Part shown: positions 39,711 through 49,891 of the stretch, piece after piece
Layout: each line of letters begins with the position of its first letter
Position numbering within the stretch: position 1 is the first letter of the stretch
Assembly: GCA_963833225.1 (NCBI GenBank)
Contig: CAWHXD010000017.1
Location: 192,001-256,000, forward strand
Length of the DNA: 64,000 bases
Source: an uncultured Chloroflexia bacterium
GTDB taxonomy: Bacteria; Chloroflexota; Limnocylindria; Limnocylindrales; CSP1-4
Reading direction: 5' to 3'
Position numbers and translations under genes: made by a program
Notes under the pieces: generated by a model
Told to the model about the DNA's origin: nothing
Databases searched by the model: none
Seen by the model: only the letters and a program-made list of their open reading frames with translations

Positions 39711-40673
39711 TCAGACCCCGCTCGCGCCCGCCTCGGCGAGGTACTGCCGCGCGGCGGCGCCTCGGACCTGCCGGATGTCCTCCTCGTACTTGAGGACCAC
39801 GCCCAGGGTCTCGTCCACGAGATCCGGGTCAAGCTCGGTCGCGCCCAGGGAGAGCAGCGCTCCGGCCCAATCGAGCGTCTCGGCAACCCCCGGGACCTTG
39901 GTCAGATCGGCCGTGCGCAGGCGGTGGACAAAGGCGACGACCTCGTGGGCGAGGCGCGCGGGGACGTCCGGCACCCGGGTGGAGACGATCTCGAACTCCT
40001 TGTTTGCGGTCGGGTAGTCGATCCAGTGGTAGAGGCAGCGCCGCTTGAGGGCGTCGTGCACCTCGCGGGTCCGGTTCGACGTCAGGATCACGCGCGGGGC
40101 CTTCGTGGCCCGGATGGTGCCGATCTCGGGAACCGTGACCTGGAAGTCGGACAGGATCTCCAGCAGGTAGGCCTCGAACTCCTCGTCCGCGCGGTCGATC
40201 TCGTCGATGAGCAGGACTGGCGGCGTGCCCTCGTGGTCCTCGAGCGCCTGGAGGAGCGGGCGCTTGAGCAGGAACTCCGGGCCGAAGATGTCGTGCGCCG
40301 ACGCCTTCGCGATGTCGCCGCGAGCCTCGAGGAGGCGGATCTCCAGCATCTGCCGCGGGTAGTTCCACTCGTAGACCGCGGTGTTGACGTCGAGACCCTC
40401 GTAGCACTGGAGGCGGATCAGGCGCGCGCCCAGGCTGGAGGCCAGGACCTTCGCGAGCTCCGTCTTGCCCACGCCGGCCTCCCCCTCAAGAAGTAGCGGG
40501 CGGCCAAGCTCCAGGGCCAGGAAGACGGTGGTCGCGAGCGAGCGCTCGGCGATGTACCCGTGGCTGCGGAAGGCGTTCGCGATGCCCTCGATGGATCGGG
40601 TCGCCTCGGGGCGGTCCTCGCGGGCGGCGGACCGGGTGGCGGCGGAGGTCACGGGAGTGGGCTGATCAACCAT
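39711..40673 (-). CDS. coxD: MoxR-family AAA+ ATPase
   Basis: LEGEAGVGKTE, RLQCYEGLD, LLIDEIDRAD, TSNRTREVHDALKRRC, PGVAETLDW. Confidence 0.92.
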   Translation of the reverse strand: MVDQPTPVTSAATRSAAREDRPEATRSIEGIANAFRSHGYIAERSLATTVFLALELGRPLLLEGEAGVGKTELAKVLASSLGARLIRLQCYEGLDVNTAVYEWNYPRQMLEIRLLEARGDIAKASAHDIFGPEFLLKRPLLQALEDHEGTPPVLLIDEIDRADEEFEAYLLEILSDFQVTVPEIGTIRATKAPRVILTSNRTREVHDALKRRCLYHWIDYPTANKEFEIVSTRVPDVPARLAHEVVAFVHRLRTADLTKVPGVAETLDWAGALLSLGATELDPDLVDETLGVVLKYEEDIRQVRGAAARQYLAEAGASGV

Positions 40674-40721
40674 GGGGGCCGATCCTACACCGATCCGGCG
40701 GTCCGTCCGCCCGCGGGCGCC

Positions 40722-41771
40722 TCATCCGTCGGGGGCGTCAAGGTCCCGGGCATACGCCGGGAACCGGAAGCGCTGGCTCCGGTTGAGGATCCCGCCGTGC
40801 GCGAGCCGGGCCACGGTCGCAGCGGTGGCCGGCTGGCCCGCGGCCAGGCGCGGCAGGAGGAGATCGGCGGCGGTGGCCATGGAGAACGCGCCGCAGCTCG
40901 GCAGGCCGATCACGACGGTCGGGCCCACCACCGCCATCCAGAGCATGGAACCCGGGTGGGCTGGCACGCCGCGGCGGACGATCCTGCCGCCCAGGCCGTC
41001 GATGGCGGCGAAGAATGGATCGGCCGGGTCGGTGCTCGCGCCACCCGCGGCCAGGACGATGTCGGCGCGGCCGTCGGCGCTGGTCGTGAACGCCGCCAGA
41101 GCTTCGGACACGGCGGCATCGGCATCCTCGACATACCGGATCTCGCCGAGGATCGCCCGCATCCCGGCGGCCTTGGAGCTGATCGCGGCCTCGAACCGCC
41201 GCCGCACGGCGGGCGCCACGTCGCCCTTCACGATCACGGCCATGCGAACACCGCGATAGGCGCGCACCCGCACGATCGGATCGCCGCGACGGGCGATGGC
41301 CTCACCCGCAGCGAGAACGTCCTCGGGGACCACGTGCGGGGCGATCTTGACGCTCGCGACCAGGTCCCCCGGCTCCACGGGCTGGCCGTCGATCACCGTG
41401 AACACCTCGAGCGGATCGATCCGGTTGATCCGTTCCAGTGCCGCCAGGCGGATGTCCACGATCCCGGCCCCGGCCGCCACGAGATCGACCCGGGATTGCG
41501 CCGGCCCGCGCACGACGAGCTCCGGCCGACCCCGAGTGACGGCCGCGGCCAGCCGGATGGCGGCCTCGTCCTCGTGGACGTCCAACGCGTCGGCCACGAT
41601 GACCCTGGCCGCCGGGCCTGCGGGCGCCGCGCCGATCGCCGCGAGGTGGGCGGGGGTGAGCCGCGTTCCCTTGGCAATTCGTCCACCCGCGACGGCAAGG
41701 TCACGGGTGAGGATGGCGCCCAGCAGGTTCGTGGACGGCGTGCGGCCCGGGACGATCTGCTCGAGCCGCAC
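40722..41771 (-). CDS. Molybdopterin-binding (MoeA-like) protein
   Basis: DVHEDEAA, INRIDPLEVFT, GGASTDPAD, GVPAHPGSMLW, IGLPSC. Confidence 0.7.
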   Translation of the reverse strand: MRLEQIVPGRTPSTNLLGAILTRDLAVAGGRIAKGTRLTPAHLAAIGAAPAGPAARVIVADALDVHEDEAAIRLAAAVTRGRPELVVRGPAQSRVDLVAAGAGIVDIRLAALERINRIDPLEVFTVIDGQPVEPGDLVASVKIAPHVVPEDVLAAGEAIARRGDPIVRVRAYRGVRMAVIVKGDVAPAVRRRFEAAISSKAAGMRAILGEIRYVEDADAAVSEALAAFTTSADGRADIVLAAGGASTDPADPFFAAIDGLGGRIVRRGVPAHPGSMLWMAVVGPTVVIGLPSCGAFSMATAADLLLPRLAAGQPATAATVARLAHGGILNRSQRFRFPAYARDLDAPDG

Positions 41772-41796
41772 CCGCCGGTTCCGTGGACCGCGCCGC

Positions 41797-42657
41797 TCAG
41801 CCCAGGCGGGCCAGCGCGGCCTCGATCGCGCGCCGCGTGTACACGACGGCCATGGCCGCGCGGTACTCGCTCCCCGCGTGGATGTCCGAGTTGATCTCGA
41901 CCTCGACGGTCACGTGCTGCGCCGCGGCGGCGATCGCGTCCGCCGACCCGTCGCTGCCGACGAGGGCGGACTCCACCTCCGGCGCCCGGTACGCGTGCTC
42001 GTGGACACCGGTCACGCCGATGCCCGCCCGCGCGATGCGCTTGTCGGCGCCCATGATGACCACGGCGGCCACGCCGACCATGGCGTAGCCGGAAGCCGGC
42101 TGTTCAAGCGTCGCGTACGCCGAGCCCGCGTTGTCGAGCGGCGCCGGGAGGATCACCTCCGTCAGCAGCTCGTCATGGCGCATGGCCGTGGCGAAGGCCC
42201 CCTCGAAGAACCCGTCGGCCATCACCGTCCGGGTCCCCGCGGCGGACCGGAGCACGAGCTCCGCATCCAGCGCGAGCAGCGCGGCCGGCAGGTCCGAGGC
42301 CGGGTCCGCGTGGGCGACGGAGCCCCCCACGGTGCCGCGGTTGCGGACCTGGACATCGCCGATCCCGGGCAGCATGTCCTTGAGCACGCCATAGTGCCGG
42401 GCCGGCGAGTCCATGAGCTCCGCGTAGGTCGTCAGCGCGCCAACCGACAGCCGGCCGTCGTCGAGCGTCCGCACGCCGCGAAGCTCCGGGATCCGCCCGA
42501 TGTCCACCAGCGTGGCTGGGTGCGCGAGCCGCAGCTTCATCAGCGGCAGCAGGCTCATGCCGCCCGCGATCACCTTCGCGCCACCATCCGATGCAAGCAT
42601 CCGCAGCGCCTCGTCGAGGCTGCCCGCCCGCGTGTAGCTGAACGCCGCCGGGATCAT
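41797..42657 (-). CDS. Xanthine dehydrogenase family FAD subunit (CoxM-like, form II cluster)
   Basis: IAGGMSLLPLMKLRLA, QVRNRGTVGGS, HADPASD. Confidence 0.9.
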   Translation of the reverse strand: MIPAAFSYTRAGSLDEALRMLASDGGAKVIAGGMSLLPLMKLRLAHPATLVDIGRIPELRGVRTLDDGRLSVGALTTYAELMDSPARHYGVLKDMLPGIGDVQVRNRGTVGGSVAHADPASDLPAALLALDAELVLRSAAGTRTVMADGFFEGAFATAMRHDELLTEVILPAPLDNAGSAYATLEQPASGYAMVGVAAVVIMGADKRIARAGIGVTGVHEHAYRAPEVESALVGSDGSADAIAAAAQHVTVEVEINSDIHAGSEYRAAMAVVYTRRAIEAALARLG

Positions 42658-45056
42658 GCCTGGCCTCCCTTCGCGCTCTGGATGGCGCCCCACACCTTCT
42701 GCGCCGTGTACGGCATGTCGAGATGCCGGATGCCCAGCGGGCTGAGCGCGTCGATGACGGCGTTCGCCACGGCCGCCGTGCTCGCGATGCACCCCGCCTC
42801 GCCGACGCCCTTGACACCCAGCGGGTTGACCGGCGACGGCGTGATGGTCTCGTCCAGCTCGAAGGCCGGCAGCCACGAGGCCCGCGGGAGCGCGTAGTCC
42901 AGCATGGAGCCGCTGAGCAGCTGGCCGTCGTCGCTGTAGACGGCGCCCTCCCAGAGCGCCTGGCCGATGCCCTGGGCGATGCCTCCGTGGAGCTGGCCGT
43001 CCACGATCATCGGGTTGATCTTCTTGCCGACATCGTCAACCGCCACGTAGCGGACGAGGTCCACGTGGCCGGTCTCCTCGTCCACCTCCACGAGCGCGAT
43101 GTGCGTCCCGAACGGGAACGTGCAGTTGGGGGTGTCGTGGTACGCGGTCTCGTCGAGGTACGGCTCCATCCCCTCCGGGGTGTCGAAGGCCAGGTCGAGC
43201 GCGAACGCGATCTCCTGGATCGTCTTCACCTTGTCGGGCGAGCCCTTGACCCGGTACTCGGCGCCATCGACCTCGATGTCCTCCGGGTTCGCCTCCAGCA
43301 TGTGCGCCGCGTACCGCCGGGCCTTGTCGCGGATCTTGGCGGCCGCCTTGAGAGCGGCCCCGGTCCCGACATTGGACGTCCGCGACCCGTACGAGCCGTA
43401 GCCAAACGGCGTGCCCTGGGTGTCGCTGTGCTGGACGACGATGTCGTCCATCGGGATGCCCAGCTCGTGGCTGATGATCTGGGCGTAGGTGGTCTCGTGG
43501 CCCTGGCCCTGCGGCTGGGTGCCCATGGTGACGACGACCTTGCCGGTGAGGTGGACCTTGATGTTGGACGACTCCCACATCGCCGCGCCCCAGCCCTCGC
43601 CGACGGCCCCGATCCACTTCGATGGCGCGACGCCGCAGACCTCGATGTACGTAGAGAGGCCGATGCCGAACAGCTTGCCTCGCGCCTTTGCCTCGGCCCG
43701 TTTCGCGGCGACGTCCGCGTAGCCCGCCATCGCGAGCGCCTTGTCCAGCGCCGGCTCGTAGTTGCCCGAGTCGATGTACAGCTTGGAGCCGTTGACGGCG
43801 GTCAGGAGCCCCGATGGGTTGTCGTACGGGAAGCTGTCGGGTGGCAGGAAGTTCCGCCGCCGGATCTCCGCGGCGTCGATCCCCAGCTCGTCGGCGACGA
43901 GGTCCATCGCCCGCTCCACGACGTAGGTCGCCTCCGGACGGCCGGCGCCACGGTACGCGTCCACGAACGTGGTGTTGGTGTAGACGCCGGTGACCTCGCA
44001 ATGGACGTTCGGGATCTTGTACGGCCCCGAGAGGATGCGGCCATACAGCGTCGTCGGGATGCCGGGGCCGATCGTGGACAGGCGGCCGCCGAGGTTGGCG
44101 TAGGTCTTGACGCGCAGCCCCTGGACCTCGCCGGTCTTGGTCGCGGCGGCCTCCAGGTACGTGATGTGGTCGCGGCCGTGGATCGTGCTCTGGTAGTTCT
44201 CGCGCCGGCTCTCGACCCACTTGACGGGGCGCCCGCCGATCGCCTTGCTGGCCCACATGACGAGCGCCATGTCCGCGTAGCAGAAGATCTTGGTGCCGAA
44301 GGCCCCACCGACGTCGGGGCTGATGCAGCGCACCTTATGCTCGGGGATGCCGGTCACGAAGGCCGTCAGCAGCAGCCGCTGGATGTGCGGCGTCTGGCTG
44401 GACATCCAGACCGTGTACTCATCCGTGCCCGGGTTGTACCAACCGATGTCACCCCGGACCTCCATCGGGTTGGGGATCAGTCGCTGGTTCACGACGCGCT
44501 GCCGGACGATGACCTCGGCCGCGTCGAAGGCGGCATCGGTGCCGCTCTTGTCGCCGACGGCCCACTCGAACACGACGTTGTTGGGCGCGTTCTCGTGCAG
44601 CTGGGGGGCGCCGGGCTGGGTGGCCTTCTCGGCATCCACCACGGCCGGGAGCGGCTCCCACTCCACCCGGATCAGCTCCAGGGCGTCCACGGCCTGCTCC
44701 GGCGTCTCCGCGACCACCGCGGCCACGCCCTCGCCGGTCCACTTGACCGAGTCCGTGGCGAGCACCCGGGGCATGTTGACGTTGTTCGTGATGCCGCTCG
44801 CCCCGCCTGCCGGCCAGGCCATCGGGAGCGGGTTGTACGGGATGTCGGCGCCGACGAACACGGCCAGGACGCCGGGGGCCGTCTTCGCGGCCGAGATGTC
44901 GATCGACCGGATGTTCGCGTGCGCGTATGGACTGCGCAGGATCGACATGTGGACCATGCCGGGCATGCTGATGTCATCGAGATAGCGACCCTGGCCCGTG
45001 ATGAACCGGGGATCTTCGACCCGCTTGACGGGTGCGCCGAGGACGTCGGTGGTCAC
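42654..45056 (-). CDS. Xanthine dehydrogenase family molybdopterin subunit, form II CoxL-like
   Basis: AYRGAGRPE motif, [29 protein letters not shown]; S-L-M order. Confidence 0.92.
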   Translation of the reverse strand: MTTDVLGAPVKRVEDPRFITGQGRYLDDISMPGMVHMSILRSPYAHANIRSIDISAAKTAPGVLAVFVGADIPYNPLPMAWPAGGASGITNNVNMPRVLATDSVKWTGEGVAAVVAETPEQAVDALELIRVEWEPLPAVVDAEKATQPGAPQLHENAPNNVVFEWAVGDKSGTDAAFDAAEVIVRQRVVNQRLIPNPMEVRGDIGWYNPGTDEYTVWMSSQTPHIQRLLLTAFVTGIPEHKVRCISPDVGGAFGTKIFCYADMALVMWASKAIGGRPVKWVESRRENYQSTIHGRDHITYLEAAATKTGEVQGLRVKTYANLGGRLSTIGPGIPTTLYGRILSGPYKIPNVHCEVTGVYTNTTFVDAYRGAGRPEATYVVERAMDLVADELGIDAAEIRRRNFLPPDSFPYDNPSGLLTAVNGSKLYIDSGNYEPALDKALAMAGYADVAAKRAEAKARGKLFGIGLSTYIEVCGVAPSKWIGAVGEGWGAAMWESSNIKVHLTGKVVVTMGTQPQGQGHETTYAQIISHELGIPMDDIVVQHSDTQGTPFGYGSYGSRTSNVGTGAALKAAAKIRDKARRYAAHMLEANPEDIEVDGAEYRVKGSPDKVKTIQEIAFALDLAFDTPEGMEPYLDETAYHDTPNCTFPFGTHIALVEVDEETGHVDLVRYVAVDDVGKKINPMIVDGQLHGGIAQGIGQALWEGAVYSDDGQLLSGSMLDYALPRASWLPAFELDETITPSPVNPLGVKGVGEAGCIASTAAVANAVIDALSPLGIRHLDMPYTAQKVWGAIQSAKGGQA

Positions 45057-45067
45057 GTCGCGCCTCC

Positions 45068-45565
45068 TCAGGCCGTGGCGACGGGGGTGGCCCCGTCACG
45101 CATGGCCCGGGCCGCCTCGCGGACCGCGACCACGATGTTGTGGTAGCCGGTGCAGCGGCAGATGTTGCCCTCGATCGCGTGCCGGATCTCGGTGTCGGTG
45201 GGATCGGCATTGCGCGCGAGCAGGTCGGCCGCGGCCATGATCATCCCGGGCGTGCAGAACCCGCACTGGAGGCCATGCTTCTCCCAGAACGCGTTCTGGA
45301 GGGGGTGCAGGGCGCCGACGTCACCCATCCCCTCGATGGTGGTGACGCTCGAGCCGTCCGCCTGGACGGCGAGCATCGTGCAGCTCTTCACGGCCCGGCC
45401 ATCCAGGTGCACCGTGCACGCCCCGCACTGGCTCGTGTCGCAGCCCACGTGGGTGCCGGTGAGCCCCAGGTCCTCCCGCAGGACCTGGACGAGGAGCCTG
45501 CGGGGCTCGACATCGACCTCCCGTGGTTCACCGTTCACCTCGAGGGCGACGTGCAGCTCGGTCAC
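45068..45565 (-). CDS. 2Fe-2S subunit (CoxS-like, form II cluster)
   Basis: GAGGAGG RBS; [28 protein letters not shown]. Confidence 0.92.
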   Translation of the reverse strand: MTELHVALEVNGEPREVDVEPRRLLVQVLREDLGLTGTHVGCDTSQCGACTVHLDGRAVKSCTMLAVQADGSSVTTIEGMGDVGALHPLQNAFWEKHGLQCGFCTPGMIMAAADLLARNADPTDTEIRHAIEGNICRCTGYHNIVVAVREAARAMRDGATPVATA

Positions 45566-45781
45566 CGGGACGACCTCCTCGCCGACATCGGCGGTCTGGG
45601 CGCCGGGTCGTGGACCCGGCGGGTGCGCAGGACCTGTGGCCCACTCCGACCGGGCCAACTGGCTCCCGGAGCGAGGCTCCCCGATGGTGGCAGGATCGAG
45701 GGCTCGGCGCAACCCGGGACTTCGGTGGGTCCTGGTGAGGGGGCCACGGGGCGGGGCGGGCCGATCGGGCGGACACCCGCC

Positions 45782-45895
45782 CAACTCACCCTGTGCATCG
45801 GATCCGGGCCTGCGCCGCACGCTCGCGACACGCAGCGCGGGTTCGGACGCATCGGCCTGCGGCCCAGACAGCATTCCGATGCGTCCCGTGAGTTG
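45782..45895. repeat. Imperfect inverted-repeat element, family D
   Basis: CAACTCAC-N5-GCATCGGA ... TCCGATGC-N5-GTGAGTTG; internal GGACGCATCGG (45845) perfectly complementary to CCGATGCGTCC (45876). Confidence 0.55.
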
Positions 45896-45954
45896 CGGCC
45901 CGGCCAGGGGCGGCACGTAAGCCGCCGGTAAGCGGCGACCGCTACAACTCGGAC

Positions 45955-46827
45955 ATGTCACCGCTCGCGCGCATTCCGCTCCTCCCGGGCACGCTCAACG
46001 AGCGGGTGGCGGAGCTGGTCAGGACCACCCGGACGGCCATCGGCTGGAGCCAGGACGAGCTCGCCGATCGCGCACTCACGTCGCAGACCAAGATCTGGCG
46101 GATCGAACACACCCTCGCCGGCGCGGCTGATCTCGAGACCCTTGATCGAGTGCTCACGCAGCTCGGCCTGAGGGTCACCCTCGAGATCGAGGGCCGCCAC
46201 CTGGCGCAGCGAGTTGAACAGCGCGACATCGTCCACGCCTTGCTGGTGGGGGCGCTTGCGTCGCGGCTGCGCCGTGCCGGCTGGCTGGTCGCGTCCGAGG
46301 TGGCCACCGGATCCCGCGCACCAACCGGCTGGATCGACCTGCTCGCCTTCCGGGAGGCAGACGCGGCGCTCCTGATGTCCAAGGTGAAGGCGGCCATCCC
46401 GGACGTCGGCGGCCTGCAGCGCCAGGTCCGGTTCTACGAGCGCGAGGCTGTGTGGGCGGCGCGGCGCGAGGGCTGGCAGCCCGCAACCACCGCGAGCCTC
46501 GTCGCGTGCCTGGACTCCGCCGAGGTCGCGGATGTCCTCACTCGGAACCGGTCGCTGCTGGCAGCGGAGTTCCCGGGGAATCCCGTGGGACTCGAGGCGT
46601 GGCTGCTCTCCCCAAACGCCCCCAGGCCACGGCCCCGGACGATGGCCGCCATCGATCTGGCTCATCGTCGTCGCCCGGGACTCCGGCGAACCGCGCTCAC
46701 GGGCCGTCGTTCGGCGCCTGTCTATGGCGACTACGCTGCCGCAGCGCGCTCCCTCATCCGGCCGGTGCCACGTCGCGCAGGGCGGCCTCATAGGCGTCCG
46801 CCATCAGGCGGATCTCGGCCTCGGTGA
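45955..46827 (+). CDS. XRE-type HTH protein with C-terminal PD-(D/E)XK-like domain
   Basis: [26 protein letters not shown]; GWLVASEV...GWIDLLAF...LLMSKVK. Confidence 0.65.
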   Translation: MSPLARIPLLPGTLNERVAELVRTTRTAIGWSQDELADRALTSQTKIWRIEHTLAGAADLETLDRVLTQLGLRVTLEIEGRHLAQRVEQRDIVHALLVGALASRLRRAGWLVASEVATGSRAPTGWIDLLAFREADAALLMSKVKAAIPDVGGLQRQVRFYEREAVWAARREGWQPATTASLVACLDSAEVADVLTRNRSLLAAEFPGNPVGLEAWLLSPNAPRPRPRTMAAIDLAHRRRPGLRRTALTGRRSAPVYGDYAAAARSLIRPVPRRAGRPHRRPPSGGSRPR

Positions 46828-48013
46828 TCACGAACGCCGGCGAGACGTGCAGCGCGACGCCGCGCAGGTTCCGGGTCAGCACGCCGTGGTGCCTGGCCGC
46901 GCCCACGACCTTGTCGACGATCCCGGGGTCGGCGGCACGCGCCTCGGCGGAAAGCTCGACCGCGGCGGTGAGCCCGACGGTCCGGACCTCGGACACGAGC
47001 GGTGCCGCGAGGAGCCGGCCCATCTCGCGCTCGAGCACGGGCTCGAGGCTGCGCACGCGGCCCACGAGGTCGTCGCGCTCCATGAGATCGAGGTTGGCCA
47101 TGCCCGCGGCACACGCCGTCGCATGCCCGGAGTAGGTGTAGCCGTGGCGGAAGACGGCGCCCGGGATGGGGTCGTCCCAGAACGGCGCGCGGACCCGCGG
47201 ACCCGCGATCACGCCGCCCAGCGGCACGTAGCCGGAGGTGATGCCCTTGGCGAACGTGATCATGTCGGGCTCGATGCCGTAGCGCGTGCTCCCCCACCAC
47301 TGCCCGGTCCGGCCGAACCCGGTGACGATCTCGTCGGCGATGAGCAGGATGTCGTGCCGCCGGCACAGCGCCTGGACCTCGTCGAAGTACCCGTCGCGTG
47401 GCGGGATCACGCCACCCGCCCCGACCACGGGCTCCGCGTAGAACGCGGCGATCTCACCGCTCCGGGCCTCGAACAGCGCCGCGAGCGCCTCGAGATCGTG
47501 GGTCCCGACCACCACGATGTCACCGACGAGCGGCCCGTAGCCGGCCTTGTTGGACGGGATCCCGGCGAGCGACGTGCCAAACGCGGCCATGCCGTGGTAG
47601 CTGTGCTCGCGCGACACCATGACCTGCTTCTCCGGCCGGCCCATGACATCCCAGTACCGCCGGGCGAGCTTGGCCGCGGTGTCCACGGCCTCGGAACCGC
47701 CGCTGGTGAAGAACACGACGGCGTTGTCCATCGGCGCCATCGCGGCGATCCGGGCCGCCAGCTCCACGGTGGGCTCGGTCGTGTAGGCCCCGAACGACGA
47801 ATAGGCGCTCAGCTTCCGGAGCTGGGCGGCAACGGCATCGGCGATCTCCACCCGCCCGAACCCGGCGTTCGCGTACCACAGCCCCGCGGTCGCATCGAGG
47901 TAGCGGTTGCCGGCCACGTCGGTCACCCAGACCCCGTCGCCGTCACGGATCACGAGCTCTGCGTCCTTGACGACATGCATGTCGGCGAAGCCGTGCCAGA
48001 AGGAAGTGCTCAA
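46754..48013 (-). CDS. Class III PLP aminotransferase (omega-amine/putrescine-pyruvate type)
   Basis: YLDATAGLW, TSGGSEAVDTA, SYHG, DEIVTGFGRTG, FAKGITSGY, HGYTYSGH. Confidence 0.9.
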   Translation of the reverse strand: MSTSFWHGFADMHVVKDAELVIRDGDGVWVTDVAGNRYLDATAGLWYANAGFGRVEIADAVAAQLRKLSAYSSFGAYTTEPTVELAARIAAMAPMDNAVVFFTSGGSEAVDTAAKLARRYWDVMGRPEKQVMVSREHSYHGMAAFGTSLAGIPSNKAGYGPLVGDIVVVGTHDLEALAALFEARSGEIAAFYAEPVVGAGGVIPPRDGYFDEVQALCRRHDILLIADEIVTGFGRTGQWWGSTRYGIEPDMITFAKGITSGYVPLGGVIAGPRVRAPFWDDPIPGAVFRHGYTYSGHATACAAGMANLDLMERDDLVGRVRSLEPVLEREMGRLLAAPLVSEVRTVGLTAAVELSAEARAADPGIVDKVVGAARHHGVLTRNLRGVALHVSPAFVITEAEIRLMADAYEAALRDVAPAG

Positions 48014-49080
48014 TTCGGGCTCCTCGGGGTGCGCTTGGCGGGCGATTTGGCGGGCGATTTGGCGGGCGATTTGGCGGGCGCGCCGGCCAGGCCGGGCGGG
48101 ATCGATCCGTGGGTCAGGATCCGCCTGTCGAGGCCGGCATCAACAGCCTCGCGTGCCGGCATGCCGGCGAGCGTCGCGGCCCGGGTCAGGGCCTCGAGGG
48201 CGATCTTCGCATCGGCGGGCGCAAGGTCCGCCAGCGACGAAGCGTTGGCCAGGCCCACCCGGGCCAGCCCGCGTCCGTTGGAGGAAGCGGCGTACTGGGC
48301 CGCCCAGACGAGCTCCGGGGCTTGGTCCAGCTGCTCCCTGCCATCACCCGCCCGCAGGGCCGCGCAGATGATCCCGCGCTCCGTCGGCGCGGCGCGCACC
48401 AGGTGCCAGTTGTCGGGACCGGCGATCAGGTCAAACAGGAATGACGCGTAGGGAGCTCCCAGGATCGCTTCCGCCCCAGCCTCCGCCGCCGACCCGCCGG
48501 TGATCGCGAGCATGACGTGCATCTCGCCGGCGCGCGCCAGGAGCTGCCGGTGCGCCTCGAGGAACGCCGCCCTCGCGGATTCGTCGGCGCCAATCGCGAC
48601 CGCGGACGGCTCGAGCACCTGGACCACCGGGCAGCCGGCCTCGGCGAGGGCTTGGAGCTCGCCCGCAAGTAGGCCGGCGAGCTCGCTCGCGCGGAGGAAT
48701 ACGGCCGCGGCGCCGGCCGCGGCATCCGCCTCGATGGACGCCAGGGTCAACGGACCTGCCACGGCCTGCGCCACCGGCACATCCGTCAGCTCCGCGGCGG
48801 CCCGCCAGGTCCGGACGGCCAGGCCGTCCCGGCCGGTGTCGCCGGCGTGCAGCGCCTCGAGGACGGCTCGGGCCGGATCCGCCCATCGCACGGAGCCATC
48901 GGTGATCAGCCCCATTCCAGCCTGGGCCTGCGCGGCGATCGCCTCCGCGACAACCTGGTCCACGGCCCTCGAGAGCGCCGCGGTCGGCACCCGCCCGGCC
49001 TCCGCGTCCGCTTCGAGCGTGTCGAGTCGGACGCCATCGGTCGTCTCGCGGGGCCACGGCCCCAGAAGCATGGCGAACAT
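48010..49080 (-). CDS. MetE/URO-D barrel-like protein lacking Zn ligands
   Basis: QAQAGMGLITDGSVRW, VAGPLTLA, LAEAGCPVVQVLEP resemble cobalamin-independent methionine synthase barrels; TAGCAT 7 nt before ATG. Confidence 0.6.
   Translation of the reverse strand: MFAMLLGPWPRETTDGVRLDTLEADAEAGRVPTAALSRAVDQVVAEAIAAQAQAGMGLITDGSVRWADPARAVLEALHAGDTGRDGLAVRTWRAAAELTDVPVAQAVAGPLTLASIEADAAAGAAAVFLRASELAGLLAGELQALAEAGCPVVQVLEPSAVAIGADESARAAFLEAHRQLLARAGEMHVMLAITGGSAAEAGAEAILGAPYASFLFDLIAGPDNWHLVRAAPTERGIICAALRAGDGREQLDQAPELVWAAQYAASSNGRGLARVGLANASSLADLAPADAKIALEALTRAATLAGMPAREAVDAGLDRRILTHGSIPPGLAGAPAKSPAKSPAKSPAKRTPRSPN
48035..48080. repeat. 12-bp tandem repeat, 3.8 copies (encodes SPAK repeats)
   Basis: TTGGCGGGCGAT x3 plus TTGGCGGGCG. 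Confidence 0.9.
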
Positions 49081-49273
49081 GTGACAGATGCTACCGGGCC
49101 GGCCCATCTGCCGGGCATCGCGAGGCGAACCGGAGACGATGGAAGCCCTGCTCCTCCCCTCCGGGTCGCTCGCCTTCTCGGAGCTCGGCGGGGTGGCGCC
49201 CGCGCCGATCAGCCGTCCCACGGCCCCCGCGTATGATCAAGGCGCGAACAACGATTCCACCAGGGAGGGTCGC

Positions 49274-49891
49274 TTGCGGGAATCAGAGGACGGTCGTGCC
49301 CAGCGCCGGGCGGAGGACGTTGACCTCCTGGCGCGGATCGTCGCCAGGGACGAGCGGGCAGTGGAAGCCCTCTATGCCCGGTACTCCGGCCCGCTGTACT
49401 CGCTCGCCTACCAGGTCACCGGCGCCGAACGCTTCGCCCAGGACGTGGTCCAGGAGGTGTTCGTCGCCCTGTGGCGTGACGCGTCCCGGTTCGATCCGGC
49501 GAAGGGAGCGGTGGCTCCCTGGCTGTTCTCGCTCGCTCGTCACAAGGCGATCGACCTCGTCCGCCGCGAGGCGAACATCCGCAAGCGGACCGCCGACGTG
49601 GATCTCGAGCTCCATGAAGCGGAGGACGACGTTGACCAGGAGACCTGGCTCAGCTTCCGCCGCGAGCGGGTCCGGGCCGCGATCGAGCAGCTGACGCCTG
49701 ACCAGCGCGAGGCCCTCGAGCTCGCCTTCTTCGGTGGCCTCACCCACGTCGAGGTCTCCGCCAAGCTGGGCATCCCGCTGGGAACGGCCAAGACCCGGAT
49801 CCGCAGCGCGCTCCTGCGCCTGCGCGACATCCTCGGCGACTCCGTCTCCGAGCTGCCGGCCTCACAGGGCCTCCAGGGCGCCGACGCATGA
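49274..49891 (+). CDS. ECF sigma factor (SigK-like)
   Basis: GGGAGG RBS, TTG start; AQDVVQEVF, WLFSLARHKAID, LGIPLGTAKTRIR. Confidence 0.9.
   Translation: MRESEDGRAQRRAEDVDLLARIVARDERAVEALYARYSGPLYSLAYQVTGAERFAQDVVQEVFVALWRDASRFDPAKGAVAPWLFSLARHKAIDLVRREANIRKRTADVDLELHEAEDDVDQETWLSFRRERVRAAIEQLTPDQREALELAFFGGLTHVEVSAKLGIPLGTAKTRIRSALLRLRDILGDSVSELPASQGLQGADA

Noticed and set aside
42723-45146. Long antisense or alternative-frame ORFs (e.g. 42723-45146+, 5382-7508+, 55749-58163+, 51747-53921+)
   Set aside because: Shadows of real opposite-strand genes in stop-poor high-GC DNA; no recognisable motifs.
45566-45780. Moco/Tuco riboswitch upstream of the form II cluster
   Set aside because: GC-rich hairpins are possible but no recognisable consensus was seen; needs an Infernal/Rfam search.
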